A DNA stretch of 64,000 nucleotides. Origin: an uncultured Anaerolineales bacterium. Lineage in GTDB: Bacteria > Chloroflexota > Anaerolineae > B4-G1. Where the stretch lies: the NCBI GenBank assembly GCA_964528475.1, contig CAZGSX010000002.1, forward strand, positions 5,641-69,640, written 5' to 3'. The position numbers and the translations under genes were made by a program. Shown one piece after another: positions 10,427 through 20,799 of the stretch; the stretch's first letter is position 1, and each line of letters opens with the position of its first letter. Below the pieces are notes generated by a model, which was not told where the DNA came from, searched no databases, and was given only the letters and a program-made list of their open reading frames with translations.

Positions 10427-10630
10427 AAGCGATCGGTATTCTACCAGGCCTCTCGCGCTTTGTCAACTGACGGAAGAGACCCTGACGGGGAAGACGCTCC
10501 CCTACACGGTCGCCGCATCTTGTTCACTGGCACGATGTGCCGTTCTGTGTGATAATGGGTATTGACAGAAGGTCAACTTGTCCAGCGAGAGGCAAGAGGT
10601 ATCCGACAAGAGCAAACAGAGAGTGCCCCC

Positions 10631-10918
10631 ATGACTGAAGAGCGGAAATCAGACACCAAGAAAGCAGCTGCACGGAGGCGGCTTCCCCGGGGGGAGGTGA
10701 CCGTTTTCCCCAACTGGTGTAAGGGCTGCAATCTGTGCGTCGAGTTCTGTCCCACCCGCGTGCTCGAGCAGGGAGACGACGGCCGGGTCGTGGTCGCGCA
10801 CCCTGAGAAGTGCACGGCTTGCCGCTGGTGCGAGCTGCACTGCCCCGACTTCGCCATCTTTGTCTCCGACATCGAGCGCACAAAGGAAGACGTCCCCGCC
10901 CAGGAGGAAGACCTATGA
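10631..10918 (+). CDS. 2-oxoacid:ferredoxin oxidoreductase delta subunit (2x[4Fe-4S] ferredoxin-like)
   Basis: Two CxxCxxCxxxCP motifs. Its stop overlaps the alpha-subunit start (ATGA). A TTG start at 10562 would be an alternative. Confidence 0.75.
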   Translation: MTEERKSDTKKAAARRRLPRGEVTVFPNWCKGCNLCVEFCPTRVLEQGDDGRVVVAHPEKCTACRWCELHCPDFAIFVSDIERTKEDVPAQEEDL

Positions 10919-12060
10919 CAGCAAGACTGATGCAGGGCGATGAGGCGTGCGCTGAAGGCGCGATCGCTGCCGGCTGTCGTTTCTTCGCTGGCTACCCCAT
11001 CACCCCGGCCACCGAAATTGCCGAGAGCCTTTCTCGCCGGCTGCCGCAGGTTGGCGGGAAATTCATTCAGATGGAGGACGAGCTCGCCTCTATCGCTGCG
11101 GTAATCGGTGCTTCGACCGGGGGGGCCAAGGCCATGACGGCCACATCCGGTCCCGGATTCAGCCTTATGCAGGAGAACATCGGCTACGCAGCCATGACCG
11201 AGATCCCATGTGTCATCGTCAACGTACAGAGGCTGGGCCCTTCGACAGGCCGCCCTACCAGCCCCTCTCAGGGAGACGTGATGCAGGCACGTTGGGGGAC
11301 CCACGGCGACCATCCCATCATAGTGCTCTCACCCTCCAGTGTTCGGGAGACGTTCGACCTGACCGTGAAAGCGTTCAACTTCTCGGAGCGATACCGCACC
11401 CCGGTCATCCTGTTGATGGACGAGCTAGTCGGCCACATGCGCGAACGGATTGAACTCCCCGATCCAGAGACGTTGGAGTTGGAGCGACGCTCGGAGACGC
11501 GCGTCCCCCCTGAGTGGTACCGACCATTTGAGAACTTCCCGGTCGGGCCCAACGTGAATGTCCCGGCGCTTGTCCCTTTTGGTGAGGGATATCGCTATCA
11601 TATCACTGGACTGCACCACGACGAGCACGGCTATCCCACCGATCGACCGGAGGAGATTGAGCCATGGCTGGAGCGGATTTTCCGGAAGATTGACCGGTCT
11701 CTTTCCGACATTCTGCTCTATGAGAGCGAAGGCGTCGAACAGGCGGACACGCTGGTCATTGCCTATGGTGGGGTAGCCCGTGCGGCCCAGCACGCGGTGA
11801 AGGAAGCTCGAAAGGGCGGAAGGCAAGTGGGCCTGCTCAGACTCAAGACCATCTGGCCCTTCCCCGAGGAGGTGGTGGAGGATGCCGCCGCTCGACTTCA
11901 TCACGTGGTGGTACCAGAGCTGAATCGAGGGCAGCTCGTGCTAGAGGTCGAACGGGTGGTTGGGCGTCACAAAGTGCAACGCGTCAGTCGGGCAGATGGC
12001 GAGATGATAAAGCCAGGTGAGATCCTTACTGCGATAGAGGAAGTGGAGAGGGCAGTATGA
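10915..12060 (+). CDS. 2-oxoacid:ferredoxin oxidoreductase alpha subunit
   Basis: N-terminus 'MQGDEACAEGAIAAGCRFFAGYPITPATEI', typical of the KorA/PorA family. Start placed at the internal ATG overlapping the delta-subunit stop. Confidence 0.85.
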   Translation: MTARLMQGDEACAEGAIAAGCRFFAGYPITPATEIAESLSRRLPQVGGKFIQMEDELASIAAVIGASTGGAKAMTATSGPGFSLMQENIGYAAMTEIPCVIVNVQRLGPSTGRPTSPSQGDVMQARWGTHGDHPIIVLSPSSVRETFDLTVKAFNFSERYRTPVILLMDELVGHMRERIELPDPETLELERRSETRVPPEWYRPFENFPVGPNVNVPALVPFGEGYRYHITGLHHDEHGYPTDRPEEIEPWLERIFRKIDRSLSDILLYESEGVEQADTLVIAYGGVARAAQHAVKEARKGGRQVGLLRLKTIWPFPEEVVEDAAARLHHVVVPELNRGQLVLEVERVVGRHKVQRVSRADGEMIKPGEILTAIEEVERAV

Positions 12061-12896
12061 AGCAACAGAGTCAGTCACGGGTCCACGAACGTTACCTGCG
12101 CCACAGCAAGAAGTTCCCCAACATCTGGTGTGCCGGCTGCGGCATCGGCATCGTCCTCGGCGCGATCATCCGTGCGGTGGACGACCTGGAGTTGGACAAG
12201 AACGATGTGGCCATGATCTCCGGCATCGGGTGCACGGGCCGCATGCCCGTGTATGTCGATTTCAACACAATGCACACCACTCATGGCCGGGCACTCGCGT
12301 TCGCCACCGGCTTGAAGATGGTGAAGCCGGAGATGAAGGTCATCGTGGTCATGGGCGACGGCGATGCTCTGGCGATCGGAGGGAATCACTTCATCCACGC
12401 CGCCCGGCGCAACATTGGGCTGGCCGCGATCGTAGTCAACAACGCTAGCTATGGGATGACGGGCGGACAGCACTCGCCGACCACACCGCAGGGCATCAAG
12501 ACCGCCACGACTCCGTACGGCCACATTGAGCAGCAATTCCCCATCGCAGAGCTGGCCGCCACGGCCGGGGCATCATTTGTTGCCCGGAGCACGGTCTATC
12601 ACGTTCGCGAATTGGAATCGTACATCGCTCAGGCAATCTCCAAGAACGGTTTCTCGTTGGTAGAGGCAGTTAGCTACTGCCATACCACGATCGGTCGCAT
12701 GAACCGTTGGGGCACCGCAGCAGACATGATGAGGCGCTTGAAGGAACAGAGCATCACCGTGGCGCAAGCCGCCGACATGGGGGAGGAGGAGAAACAAGAC
12801 AGAATTGTCCGCGGTATCTTTGCCGAGCGCGACATCCCCGAGTACACGAGTCAGTATGAGCAACTTATTGCAAAGGTGCAAGAGGAGGCAATGTAA
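12057..12896 (+). CDS. 2-oxoacid:ferredoxin oxidoreductase beta subunit (TPP-binding)
   Basis: Cys motif CAGCG...GIGC for the Fe-S/TPP site and 'MGDGDALAIGGNHFIHAARRN'. 4-nt overlap with the alpha subunit. Confidence 0.85.
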   Translation: MKQQSQSRVHERYLRHSKKFPNIWCAGCGIGIVLGAIIRAVDDLELDKNDVAMISGIGCTGRMPVYVDFNTMHTTHGRALAFATGLKMVKPEMKVIVVMGDGDALAIGGNHFIHAARRNIGLAAIVVNNASYGMTGGQHSPTTPQGIKTATTPYGHIEQQFPIAELAATAGASFVARSTVYHVRELESYIAQAISKNGFSLVEAVSYCHTTIGRMNRWGTAADMMRRLKEQSITVAQAADMGEEEKQDRIVRGIFAERDIPEYTSQYEQLIAKVQEEAM

Positions 12897-13450
12897 TGGG
12901 TGGGTCTGACAGCGCACGCTACGAGGTGCGGCTCGCTGGGATGGGGGGCCAGGGCGCGATCCTAGCAGGCATCATCCTAGCGGATGCAGCGATCCGCGAT
13001 GGCAAGAACGTGGTGCAGACCCAATCATACGGGCCGGAGGCTCGCGGGGGTGCCAGCCGGTCGGAGGTCGTCATCTCGCAGGGAGAGATAGATTACCCCA
13101 AGGTGCTCGAGCCGGACATCACCCTCTGCATGAGTCAGAAAGCGTGTGATCGGTATGGTGGCGATCGCAGCAAGGACGGGCTCCTGATCGTGGATACCGA
13201 CCATGTCAGCCGGTCGCCCACGACGCGAGCGGTGCGCATTCCGCTCACATCTCTGGCCCAAGAGGTAACGGGACGGCCCATCACGGCCAACGTCGTAGGG
13301 CTTGGTCTCCTGGCCGGGTTGACCAAGATCGTATCGCGGAAATCGCTGGAAGAGGCGGTCACTGCGCGAGCGCCGAAGGGGACCGAAGAGACTAATCTAG
13401 AGGCCCTCGCGGCAGGGTATAGGGCAGCGGAGCGGCTCCGAGGAGAATAG
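12896..13450 (+). CDS. 2-oxoacid:ferredoxin oxidoreductase gamma subunit
   Basis: 'GMGGQGAILAGIILADAA' gamma-subunit signature. Overlaps the beta-subunit stop. Confidence 0.8.
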   Translation: MGGSDSARYEVRLAGMGGQGAILAGIILADAAIRDGKNVVQTQSYGPEARGGASRSEVVISQGEIDYPKVLEPDITLCMSQKACDRYGGDRSKDGLLIVDTDHVSRSPTTRAVRIPLTSLAQEVTGRPITANVVGLGLLAGLTKIVSRKSLEEAVTARAPKGTEETNLEALAAGYRAAERLRGE

Positions 13451-13559
13451 AGGAAGAAAGCCACACTCACGTCTCACCGTCTAGTCTCGGCGGGAAGATG
13501 ACGGGAGGCCCTCTATGCACGCTATTAGGCCAGAGCCTCCCGCCGGAGCGCCCAGGGGC

Positions 13560-14669
13560 TCACTCCTCGAGATCGACAGGACCGGGATTCGACGTAGCCT
13601 GGATAAACGCCTCTGTCCTGCGCCGCGCCTCGTCGTCTGTGAACTGGACGGGCGGCGACTTCATGAAGTAAGCCGACGGCTCAACAATCGCCCCACTCAG
13701 TCCCCGATCCAGGGCCAGCTTGCAGCAGCGCACGGCATCAATGACCACACCTGCCGAGTTCGGGCTGTCCCAGACCTCCAGCTTGAGCTCAATATTGAGG
13801 GGAACCTCACCGAAGGTTGTACCTTCAAGTCGGATGTGAGCCCACTTCCGGTCGGTCAGCCACGGGACGTAGTCAGAGGGGCTGATGTGAATGTCGCCCT
13901 CCTGGAGGGCGTAGTCCAGTTGACTGGTCACGGCCCCGGTCTTGGAGACCTTCTTGGACACCAATCGATCCTGCTCCAGCATGTTATAGAAATCCATATT
14001 GCCGCCGAAGTTCAACTGGTAGGTTCGATCCAGCCGGACCCCGCGATCTTGGAGCAGCCGAGTGAGGACGCGATGGACAATGGTAGCTCCGACCTGACTC
14101 TTAATGTCGTCACCAATCACCGGCAGCCCCCGCTCCTCAAAGCGCCCCTGCCAATAGGACTCACCGGCGATGAAGACTGGCACGCAGTTCACAAATCCGC
14201 ATCCAGCGTCCAAGATCTGCTCCACGTACCACTTGGTTGCCATCTCGCTCCCAACCGGTAGGAAACTGACCACGACGTCCGTGTTCGTCTCCTTTAGAAT
14301 GCGGACGATGTCCGCTGTCGGACCCGGCGCCTTAGTGATGACTTTGCGCAGATACTTACCGAGACCATCGTGAGTCATGCCGCGGCTCACCGGCACGTCG
14401 AGGGGAGGGACATCGGCAAACCGCTCCGTGTTGTTGGGCCCCTCCCAAATAGCCTGTGATAGATCGAGTCCAACCTTCTCCCGGTCAATATCAAAGGCGG
14501 CCGTGAATTCAATGTCACGCACGTGGTAGCCCCCCAGATTGACGTGCATGAGTCCCGGTACGAAGGCGTCGTCCGAGGCATCCTTGTAGAAGTATACGCC
14601 CTGCACTAACGCTGAGGCGCAGTTCCCCACCCCCACGATCGCCACGCGCACCTTGTCCTGTTTCGCCAT
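13560..14669 (-). CDS. ino1: myo-inositol-1-phosphate synthase
   Basis: N-terminus '[18 protein letters not shown]...VPGLMHV' matches bacterial/archaeal MIPS. Start trimmed to an ATG preceded by GGAGGTG. Confidence 0.85.
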   Translation of the reverse strand: MAKQDKVRVAIVGVGNCASALVQGVYFYKDASDDAFVPGLMHVNLGGYHVRDIEFTAAFDIDREKVGLDLSQAIWEGPNNTERFADVPPLDVPVSRGMTHDGLGKYLRKVITKAPGPTADIVRILKETNTDVVVSFLPVGSEMATKWYVEQILDAGCGFVNCVPVFIAGESYWQGRFEERGLPVIGDDIKSQVGATIVHRVLTRLLQDRGVRLDRTYQLNFGGNMDFYNMLEQDRLVSKKVSKTGAVTSQLDYALQEGDIHISPSDYVPWLTDRKWAHIRLEGTTFGEVPLNIELKLEVWDSPNSAGVVIDAVRCCKLALDRGLSGAIVEPSAYFMKSPPVQFTDDEARRRTEAFIQATSNPGPVDLEE

Positions 14670-15164
14670 TGGCCTGACACCTCCTGTGAAACCCATGAAG
14701 CGAGGAAAATCCTCTTGCGACTTCCTCCAAGAACGCAACGCCCCCTCAAGGTAGAGCGTTGTTTCAGCCCGCGCCCCCAACGTAGTGGACCGCCTTGTTG
14801 CGCGTCGGCGCGCACAATGCGAAGTCTAATGGTATCCGAGAATCAGGGCTGTGTCAACCTGGGGACCGCCCGGGCTCCCAATTGCCCGGACTCGGGGCGC
14901 CGGGTGACGGGGATGACAAAGGCCGCCCATCGTGCATCCGGGGACGCCCTTATCACGCTCGCCAGTCCACAACAATTTGGCCTCGGATCGAAGTCTCAGT
15001 CACTTGCCTGGCTTTCTCCTCGCGAATGCACGCCGCAGGCCGAGAGGACAGCCCAGCAATCCGGTGAATGGCAAGGGGGGTCAGATGCCTGGTCAATGGT
15101 GACGCGTCGCCGTCACGCGCATCTGCCAGTGGACAGCACTGTACTTGCATCATCGTCGGGTGCA

Positions 15165-15193
15165 TTGCTCAAGTCATGCCTTTGCGGTATAAT
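15165..15193 (+). promoter_or_regulatory. sigma70-like promoter (TTGCTC, 17-nt spacer, TATAAT) upstream of ftsY
   Basis: A perfect -10 hexamer at 15188-15193 and TTGCTC at 15165-15170 with a 17-nt spacer. Confidence 0.4.
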
Positions 15194-15255
15194 CGATCGC
15201 GACGCGCGAGAAGCCAATCAGATGCAGAGCCTGTCCCTTCGCGGCGAGCCTGCGA

Positions 15256-16254
15256 GTGTCCAGGGTTGGACTGAGGCTGACGGAAAAGGGTGAAGCGATT
15301 GAAGGCCATTGCGGATCCCGCCAAGCACTTCGAGAAAGGACGATAGCCATCGGGTTTGCCAGATCCATAAGAGATAGCCTCACGCGAACCCGCAATGCGG
15401 TGTTCAGCCACGTTGCAGAGGTGCTCGGCACCAGCGAGGTGACAGACGAGACGTGGGAGAGGCTGGAAGAGCTGCTCGTACAAGCGGATGTCGGGGTAAA
15501 CACCACGATGTATCTTGTGGACCGCCTACGCGAGCGTACGCGCGACGAGGCGATCGTGCAGGCAGATGCCCTGCAGGAGGCGCTCCGTCAGGAACTTCGT
15601 GCCCTGCTGTCGGATGCTCCCCCTCTGAACCTAGGCGGTCGCCAGCGTGACGTCGTCGTCGTGGTGGGCGTGAACGGATCGGGCAAGACAACGAGCATCG
15701 CTAAGTTGGCCCATCGCTGGAAGCAGCAGGGGCGGCGACCGCTGCTGGCGGCTGCGGATACGTACCGCGCGGCCGCGGTGAAGCAGCTGGATATCTGGGC
15801 AGATCGCGTTGGCGTCGATATCGTCAGGGGCCCCCAGGGCGGGGACCCTGGAGCCGTTGTGTTTGATGCCCTGCAGGCCGCTGAATCCCGGGGGCGGGAT
15901 ATGGTGATCGTCGACACTGCGGGCCGACTACACACGCAGTACAACTTGATGTCTGAGCTCCAGAAAGTCTGCAAGGTAGCAGAGCGAAATGCGCAGGGCG
16001 CGCCCCACGAGACCCTGCTCGTAGTCGACGCCACGACCGGACAGAACGCACTTTCTCAAGCCCGTCATTTCCAGGAGGCGGTCCACGTGACCGGGCTGGT
16101 CCTCGCGAAGCTTGACAGCACTGCGAAGGGAGGCATGGTCTTCGCCATTTCCCGCGAGCTCCAGCTGCCGATACGGTTCGTGGGCACCGGTGAGACATTG
16201 GACGACTTGGCACCATTCGATCCCGATGCATTTGTGGAAGGGCTCTTTGAGTAG
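15256..16254 (+). CDS. ftsY: signal recognition particle receptor FtsY (NG domain only)
   Basis: SRP GTPase motifs '[15 protein letters not shown]', 'DTAGR' and 'TKLD'. GTG start. The exact start is uncertain. Confidence 0.85.
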   Translation: MSRVGLRLTEKGEAIEGHCGSRQALRERTIAIGFARSIRDSLTRTRNAVFSHVAEVLGTSEVTDETWERLEELLVQADVGVNTTMYLVDRLRERTRDEAIVQADALQEALRQELRALLSDAPPLNLGGRQRDVVVVVGVNGSGKTTSIAKLAHRWKQQGRRPLLAAADTYRAAAVKQLDIWADRVGVDIVRGPQGGDPGAVVFDALQAAESRGRDMVIVDTAGRLHTQYNLMSELQKVCKVAERNAQGAPHETLLVVDATTGQNALSQARHFQEAVHVTGLVLAKLDSTAKGGMVFAISRELQLPIRFVGTGETLDDLAPFDPDAFVEGLFE

Positions 16255-16497
16255 AAGCCTGGGGCTTGAATCACATTCCGCCAACCGATGGTGACCAACC
16301 GACCATGGGAAGCGGAGTCAAGTGGAGCCGCATCCGAATACTGAACCGAAATGACGACGGGCGCCTGAACGTTCAGTCAGGCCTCCAGCGGTCTATGAGA
16401 CGAGCCCCGGATGCGGACAGATCTCCTGGCTCGCTGACCAAACGCATCGTCCGGACGCCCATCCAACCAACTAACGAACAGACAGAAGGGTACTTTC

Positions 16498-17587
16498 ATG
16501 GAAGACCTACTAGATAGATTGACTGCGCTCAAGTCGAAACTAGAAGCCATCCGGGGGCATCTTTGACCTCGAGGGCAAAGAGCAAGAGATAGCTAAACTG
16601 GAGAAGCGGGCCAGTGCACCGGAGTTCTGGGACGCGCCGGAGCAGGCACAGAAAGCTATGCAGCGGCTCTCCGACCTGAAAGATGAGGTGGAACGCTGGA
16701 GAAGCCTTTCCCGGCGGGTCCAGGACACACTGGAGCTCGCCTCTTTAGACGATGAAAGCTTGTACGCTGAACTGGAGGCTGAAGCCGAGGCACTGGAGCA
16801 GAAGGTAGGACGCCTGGAGTTCATTCTCCTGTTCTCTGGCCCGCGTGACCGGGAGGATGCAATCCTATCCCTGCACGCTGGCGCCGGCGGCACGGACGCG
16901 CAGGACTGGACGGGGATGATGTTACGCATGTATCTCCGCTGGGCCGAGAGCAGTGACTACAAGACCGAGATCCTCGATCGGCTGTACGGCGACGAGGCAG
17001 GGGTCAAGCGCGTGACGCTGACGGTGTCTGGGCCCTACGCCTATGGGAATCTACGATCGGAGCGAGGTGTCCACCGGCTGGTCCGCCTGTCGCCCTTCGA
17101 CGCAGCTCATCGACGACATACCTCCTTCACCCTGGTGGAGGTCTACCCGGACATCACTGAGGACGTCTCTGTCTCGATAGACCCGAGTGACCTGGAAGTT
17201 GAGACCTTCCGCGCGTCGGCCGCGGGCGGTCAACATATGCAGAAGAACGAGACGGCAGTTCGGATCACGCACGTGCCGACGGGCATCACCGTCGTGTGCC
17301 AGAACGAACGATCTCAGGCGCAGAATAAGGAAACGGCGATCCGCCTGCTCCGCGCTCGCTTGATCCAACTGGAGGAGGAGAAACAGCGAGAGCAGATCGA
17401 CAAGCTCAAAGGAGAGCACATCGAAGCCCGCTGGGGCAATCAGATCCGCTCCTACGTCCTGCACCCCTATCACCTGGTCAAGGACCACCGGACGGACTAC
17501 GAAATGGGGAACGCTGAGGCAGTGCTCGATGGGGAGTTGGATCCATTCATGGAAGCCTATCTCCGCTCTCAGATGGGCTCCACCTAG
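16498..17587 (+). CDS. prfB: peptide chain release factor 2, requiring a programmed +1 ribosomal frameshift
   Basis: RF2-specific SPF motif and GGQ motif. ORF0 (MEDLLDRLTALKSKLEAIRGHL) ends at an in-frame TGA within 'CTT TGA C' and is preceded by a GGGGG Shine-Dalgarno-like element. The main body continues in the +1 frame. Confidence 0.9.
16551..16567 (+). promoter_or_regulatory. prfB autoregulatory +1 frameshift site (SD-like GGGGG, then CUU UGA C)
   Basis: Sequence ccGGGGGcatCTTTGAC. The frame on each side matches the N- and C-terminal parts of RF2. Confidence 0.85.
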
Positions 17588-17667
17588 AGGTACCATCCCG
17601 ACCGCTATACGAATGTGGAGGGGATGACAACCACCGTCGAGGGCCCGGTGAGGGGCCGAGCCAGAAG

Positions 17668-18801
17668 ATGGACGGGAGACAAAACCATGGATTCTCAAAA
17701 AGCCAGAGGGGGTTACCCAGTTCCGCCAAGAAGAACACACCATTGCGCTCGACGGGGCAGAGGGATCAGCGATCTGTGAGCGACGAGAATGAGACAAAGC
17801 TGAAGACACTTCAGACCCAGTTTGCCACATTGCAGGACTCGGTGCAGCTGAGCAAAATCAAGAAGGAAATGGGAGAGATGGAGTCGTCACTCCGTCTTCT
17901 GCCTGTCGAGATCGAGAAGCTTCGAACTCGAGGATACGTGTTCCGCAACTTCTTGGAGCAGAAAGCTTCCGTGATGACGAAGCAGTGGACCGATTTGTCA
18001 CCGCAGGTATCCCGCGAGGTCGTTCGCCTGACGCGCGACTTGCAGCGGGAGGCCAGCCAGGCGGAAGCGATTCTCCATCAAGCCACTAGGGGTGACACCG
18101 CCGCCGTTTCTCGCGCCGAGGTTGCCGTCCAAGCTCTGGAGCGCAGAATTGACGGAGCCCACTCCGCCGTGAGCGGGATGTATAAGACCCTGCGCCAGAA
18201 TGTGGATCAGACGCAAGCTCAGTTGGATGAGCTTGGGTGGCTCCTGGATCAATTGGAGCAGGCCTGCTTTCAACTGCAGCCCGCGGAGGATCCAGTGGCA
18301 GCCTGCCAAGCCCAGATGATGGAGACCAAGAAGGATGGGCCGAAAGGCGTGCTCTATCTCACGGACGAGCGACTCATCTTCGAGCAGAGGGAGACAAGAG
18401 CCACCAAGAAGATGCTGTTCGTCACCACTCAAAAGGAGACGGTCCAGGCACTGATCTTCGCCATTCCGGTGGGACATATCGAGAAGGTTGAGGTTAGTCA
18501 GAAGGGCTTCCTGGGACACAAAGAGATGATGACCCTGCGCTTTACGCCCGAGGCTGACATGGATACCGCCCTGATCCGGCTGCGCGGGGCGGATAACGAT
18601 GAGTGGGCCTCTCTAATTGGCCGCGTTCGATCGGGCGATATTGTGAAGGAACGCTCTCAGGCAAAAGACATCCGGGTTCTGGAGGCGCTGCGCGATGTGC
18701 CGACCACGTGTCCAACGTGCGGCGCAGTCCTCGATTCTAGCATTGTCCGCGGCTTGCGCGAAATCGCATGCCAGTACTGTGGGACCGTCATCCGGCTCTA
18801 G
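17668..18801 (+). CDS. hypothetical protein: N-terminal coiled-coil, bacterial PH-like domain, C-terminal CxxC...CxxC zinc ribbon
   Basis: Heptad-rich N-terminal half. 'GVLYLTDERLIFEQ' resembles bPH/GRAM-like domains. The terminus is 'CPTCGAVLD...CQYCGTVIRL'. The true start may be the GTG near 17777. Confidence 0.5.
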   Translation: MDGRQNHGFSKSQRGLPSSAKKNTPLRSTGQRDQRSVSDENETKLKTLQTQFATLQDSVQLSKIKKEMGEMESSLRLLPVEIEKLRTRGYVFRNFLEQKASVMTKQWTDLSPQVSREVVRLTRDLQREASQAEAILHQATRGDTAAVSRAEVAVQALERRIDGAHSAVSGMYKTLRQNVDQTQAQLDELGWLLDQLEQACFQLQPAEDPVAACQAQMMETKKDGPKGVLYLTDERLIFEQRETRATKKMLFVTTQKETVQALIFAIPVGHIEKVEVSQKGFLGHKEMMTLRFTPEADMDTALIRLRGADNDEWASLIGRVRSGDIVKERSQAKDIRVLEALRDVPTTCPTCGAVLDSSIVRGLREIACQYCGTVIRL

Positions 18802-18834
18802 GTACCGCAGCTCGTCCAGCACCATCAGGATTGC

Positions 18835-19113
18835 GTGAAGGACAGACAGAAGGAGGCATCCGTGCCAGAGGAACTAGTCGGTGAAGTCAGTCATTGGTTT
18901 GACAATATCAACGTGGCCGGGATTAAAGTTTCCGGCAAGTTGGCGGTGGGCGACCGCATCCACGTGGTCGGGCACACGACGGATCTCGAGCAAGAGGTGT
19001 CGTCCATGCAGCTGGACAACGAAGCCGTCGACGAGGCAAACGCGGGGGACGAAATCGGCGTCAGGTTGACATCACGGGCCCGGCCCGGAGACAACGTCTA
19101 CCGGACCTCCTAA
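18835..19113 (+). CDS. small stand-alone protein resembling EF-Tu/SelB domain 2 (beta-barrel)
   Basis: 92 aa. 'VAGIKVSGKLAVGDRIHVVG...AGDEIGVRL...GDNVY' follows the EF-Tu domain II pattern. Good GC3 and a tight operon with tilS. Confidence 0.5.
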   Translation: MKDRQKEASVPEELVGEVSHWFDNINVAGIKVSGKLAVGDRIHVVGHTTDLEQEVSSMQLDNEAVDEANAGDEIGVRLTSRARPGDNVYRTS

Positions 19114-19116
19114 GCC

Positions 19117-20709
19117 TTGACCGACAAGACCCTCGACCGCGGTCACGATCGCGTCCTGCAGCAAGTTCAGGAGGCGATCGAGGCGCATCAACTCATCGTC
19201 CCTGGGACGACTGTAGTGGTCGGTCTCTCCGGGGGGCCAGACTCTCTCTGTCTCCTGCACGTCCTGAAGCGGCTACGGGAGAGATACAACTTCAAGCTGC
19301 ATGTGGCGCACCTTAATCACGGGACCCGGGGGACGGCTTCGGACGCCGACGCCGAATTCGTACGGGAAGTGGCGACCCAATGGAACCTGCCGATAACTAC
19401 GGAGAAACGCGACGTGCCGAAGCTGGCCGACGAACAGGGCTTGGCGTTCGAAGAGGCAGCCCGGCGGATGCGCTACGCATTCCTCGCACACATAGCGGCA
19501 GAGATCGGCGCCACCACCATCGCGGTTGGCCACCAAGCTGACGACCAAGCTGAGACTGTGTTGATGCACATCATTCGGGGCGCCGGTCTGGCAGGCTTGC
19601 GGGGCATGCTCCCCCGGACGCCACTGACAGACTATCGATTGCTCGGCGCTTTCACACCGGACGCAGAGATTGCAGAAGGTAGAGCCGAAGGTACGCCACG
19701 TGAACGGACTCCGCCTGACCAGATGTACGTCATCAGGCCGCTTCTGGGGGTCCCCCGGGGTGAGGTCGAACGCTACTGCGCTGAGTACGGGCTTAGCCCC
19801 CGCTTCGATCGCTCCAATCTGGATACAACGTACTTCCGCAATCGTCTGCGCCATGAGCTTCTACCGCAGCTAGAGACATACAACCCCAGGATACGAGAAC
19901 GTCTCTGCCACATGGCAGCCGTGGCTGCTGCGGATTACGAGTTGCTCGTCGAGGTGCGACAACAAGCCTGGGACCGTATAGTGCGAGACGAAGGCGTGGA
20001 CGGGATCATCTTTGATCAAGAGGCCTGGCATGCTCTGCCAGTGTCCTTACAGCGAGGTACACTTCGCCGCGCGACTCGGAAGCTTCGCCGCACATTGCGA
20101 GATGTTGCTTTCGTCCACGTGGAAAACGCTCGGGAGGTGGCCCTGGAGGGAGAGACGGGCAAGGAAGCTACACTCCCCATGGGCCTGGCGCTCACGGTCG
20201 GCTACGACACGCTCCGCATTGGCCCAGCTGACACGCCAGGCCCTCCTCCGAACGAGCCCCTCCTGTGGACCAAGACACCTCTCCCGATCTCCGTGGCTGG
20301 AACAGCGCCGCTGCCCGACAGCGAGTGGGTACTGAACGGAGAGTGCCTGGATCAGTGGGCGATGACGGAGATCGAAGCACCAGACCACCCTTGGACAGGC
20401 TACTTCGACGCTGAGGCCCTTGAGGAGCCCGTTGTCTTACGACCCCGTCGCCCGGGAGACCGCTTCCGACCACTGGGTATGGGAGGCCATCAACTGAAGA
20501 TCAGCGACCTGATGATCAACCTCAAGATCCCCGAGCCTTGGCGGGATCACGTGCCACTTCTGGTGGCCGGAGGAGAGGTTCTATGGGTATGCGGGCACCG
20601 CGTCGCCGAGACCGGAAAGGTAAGACCGACGACCAGTAACGTCGTCAGGTTTCGATTTGAGCGTGCGGGGCGGCCCTACGGTTCGGACGAGACGGAGTCA
20701 GTCGATTGA
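19117..20709 (+). CDS. tilS: tRNA(Ile)-lysidine synthetase
   Basis: PP-loop 'VVVGLSGGPDSLCLL' and a TilS-type C-terminal domain. Confidence 0.8.
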   Translation: MTDKTLDRGHDRVLQQVQEAIEAHQLIVPGTTVVVGLSGGPDSLCLLHVLKRLRERYNFKLHVAHLNHGTRGTASDADAEFVREVATQWNLPITTEKRDVPKLADEQGLAFEEAARRMRYAFLAHIAAEIGATTIAVGHQADDQAETVLMHIIRGAGLAGLRGMLPRTPLTDYRLLGAFTPDAEIAEGRAEGTPRERTPPDQMYVIRPLLGVPRGEVERYCAEYGLSPRFDRSNLDTTYFRNRLRHELLPQLETYNPRIRERLCHMAAVAAADYELLVEVRQQAWDRIVRDEGVDGIIFDQEAWHALPVSLQRGTLRRATRKLRRTLRDVAFVHVENAREVALEGETGKEATLPMGLALTVGYDTLRIGPADTPGPPPNEPLLWTKTPLPISVAGTAPLPDSEWVLNGECLDQWAMTEIEAPDHPWTGYFDAEALEEPVVLRPRRPGDRFRPLGMGGHQLKISDLMINLKIPEPWRDHVPLLVAGGEVLWVCGHRVAETGKVRPTTSNVVRFRFERAGRPYGSDETESVD

Positions 20710-20799
20710 ATTGCCACCGCCTTGACGCGAGGAGGGACACGGGAGAAGGCTCCAGCGAATTCCCCACCTCGGCGGTCCCGTTCCTATGGAGGAGGGTAT

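Noticed and set aside
10573-11313. 246-aa minus-strand ORF overlapping the ferredoxin oxidoreductase delta and alpha genes
   Set aside because: It is antisense to strongly supported genes. Its composition is Arg/Ala/Gly/Ser-rich noise and it has no motifs.
13451-13559. Nested inverted repeats between the convergent oxidoreductase gamma-subunit gene and ino1
   Set aside because: This is probably an ordinary convergent-terminator structure. The stems are imperfect and there is no U-tract, so it was not annotated as a feature.
14715-15293. 192-aa plus-strand ORF filling the ino1-ftsY intergenic region
   Set aside because: Its composition is Arg/Ser/Pro/Gly-rich with low GC3 bias. It overlaps a consensus promoter and is more likely non-coding.
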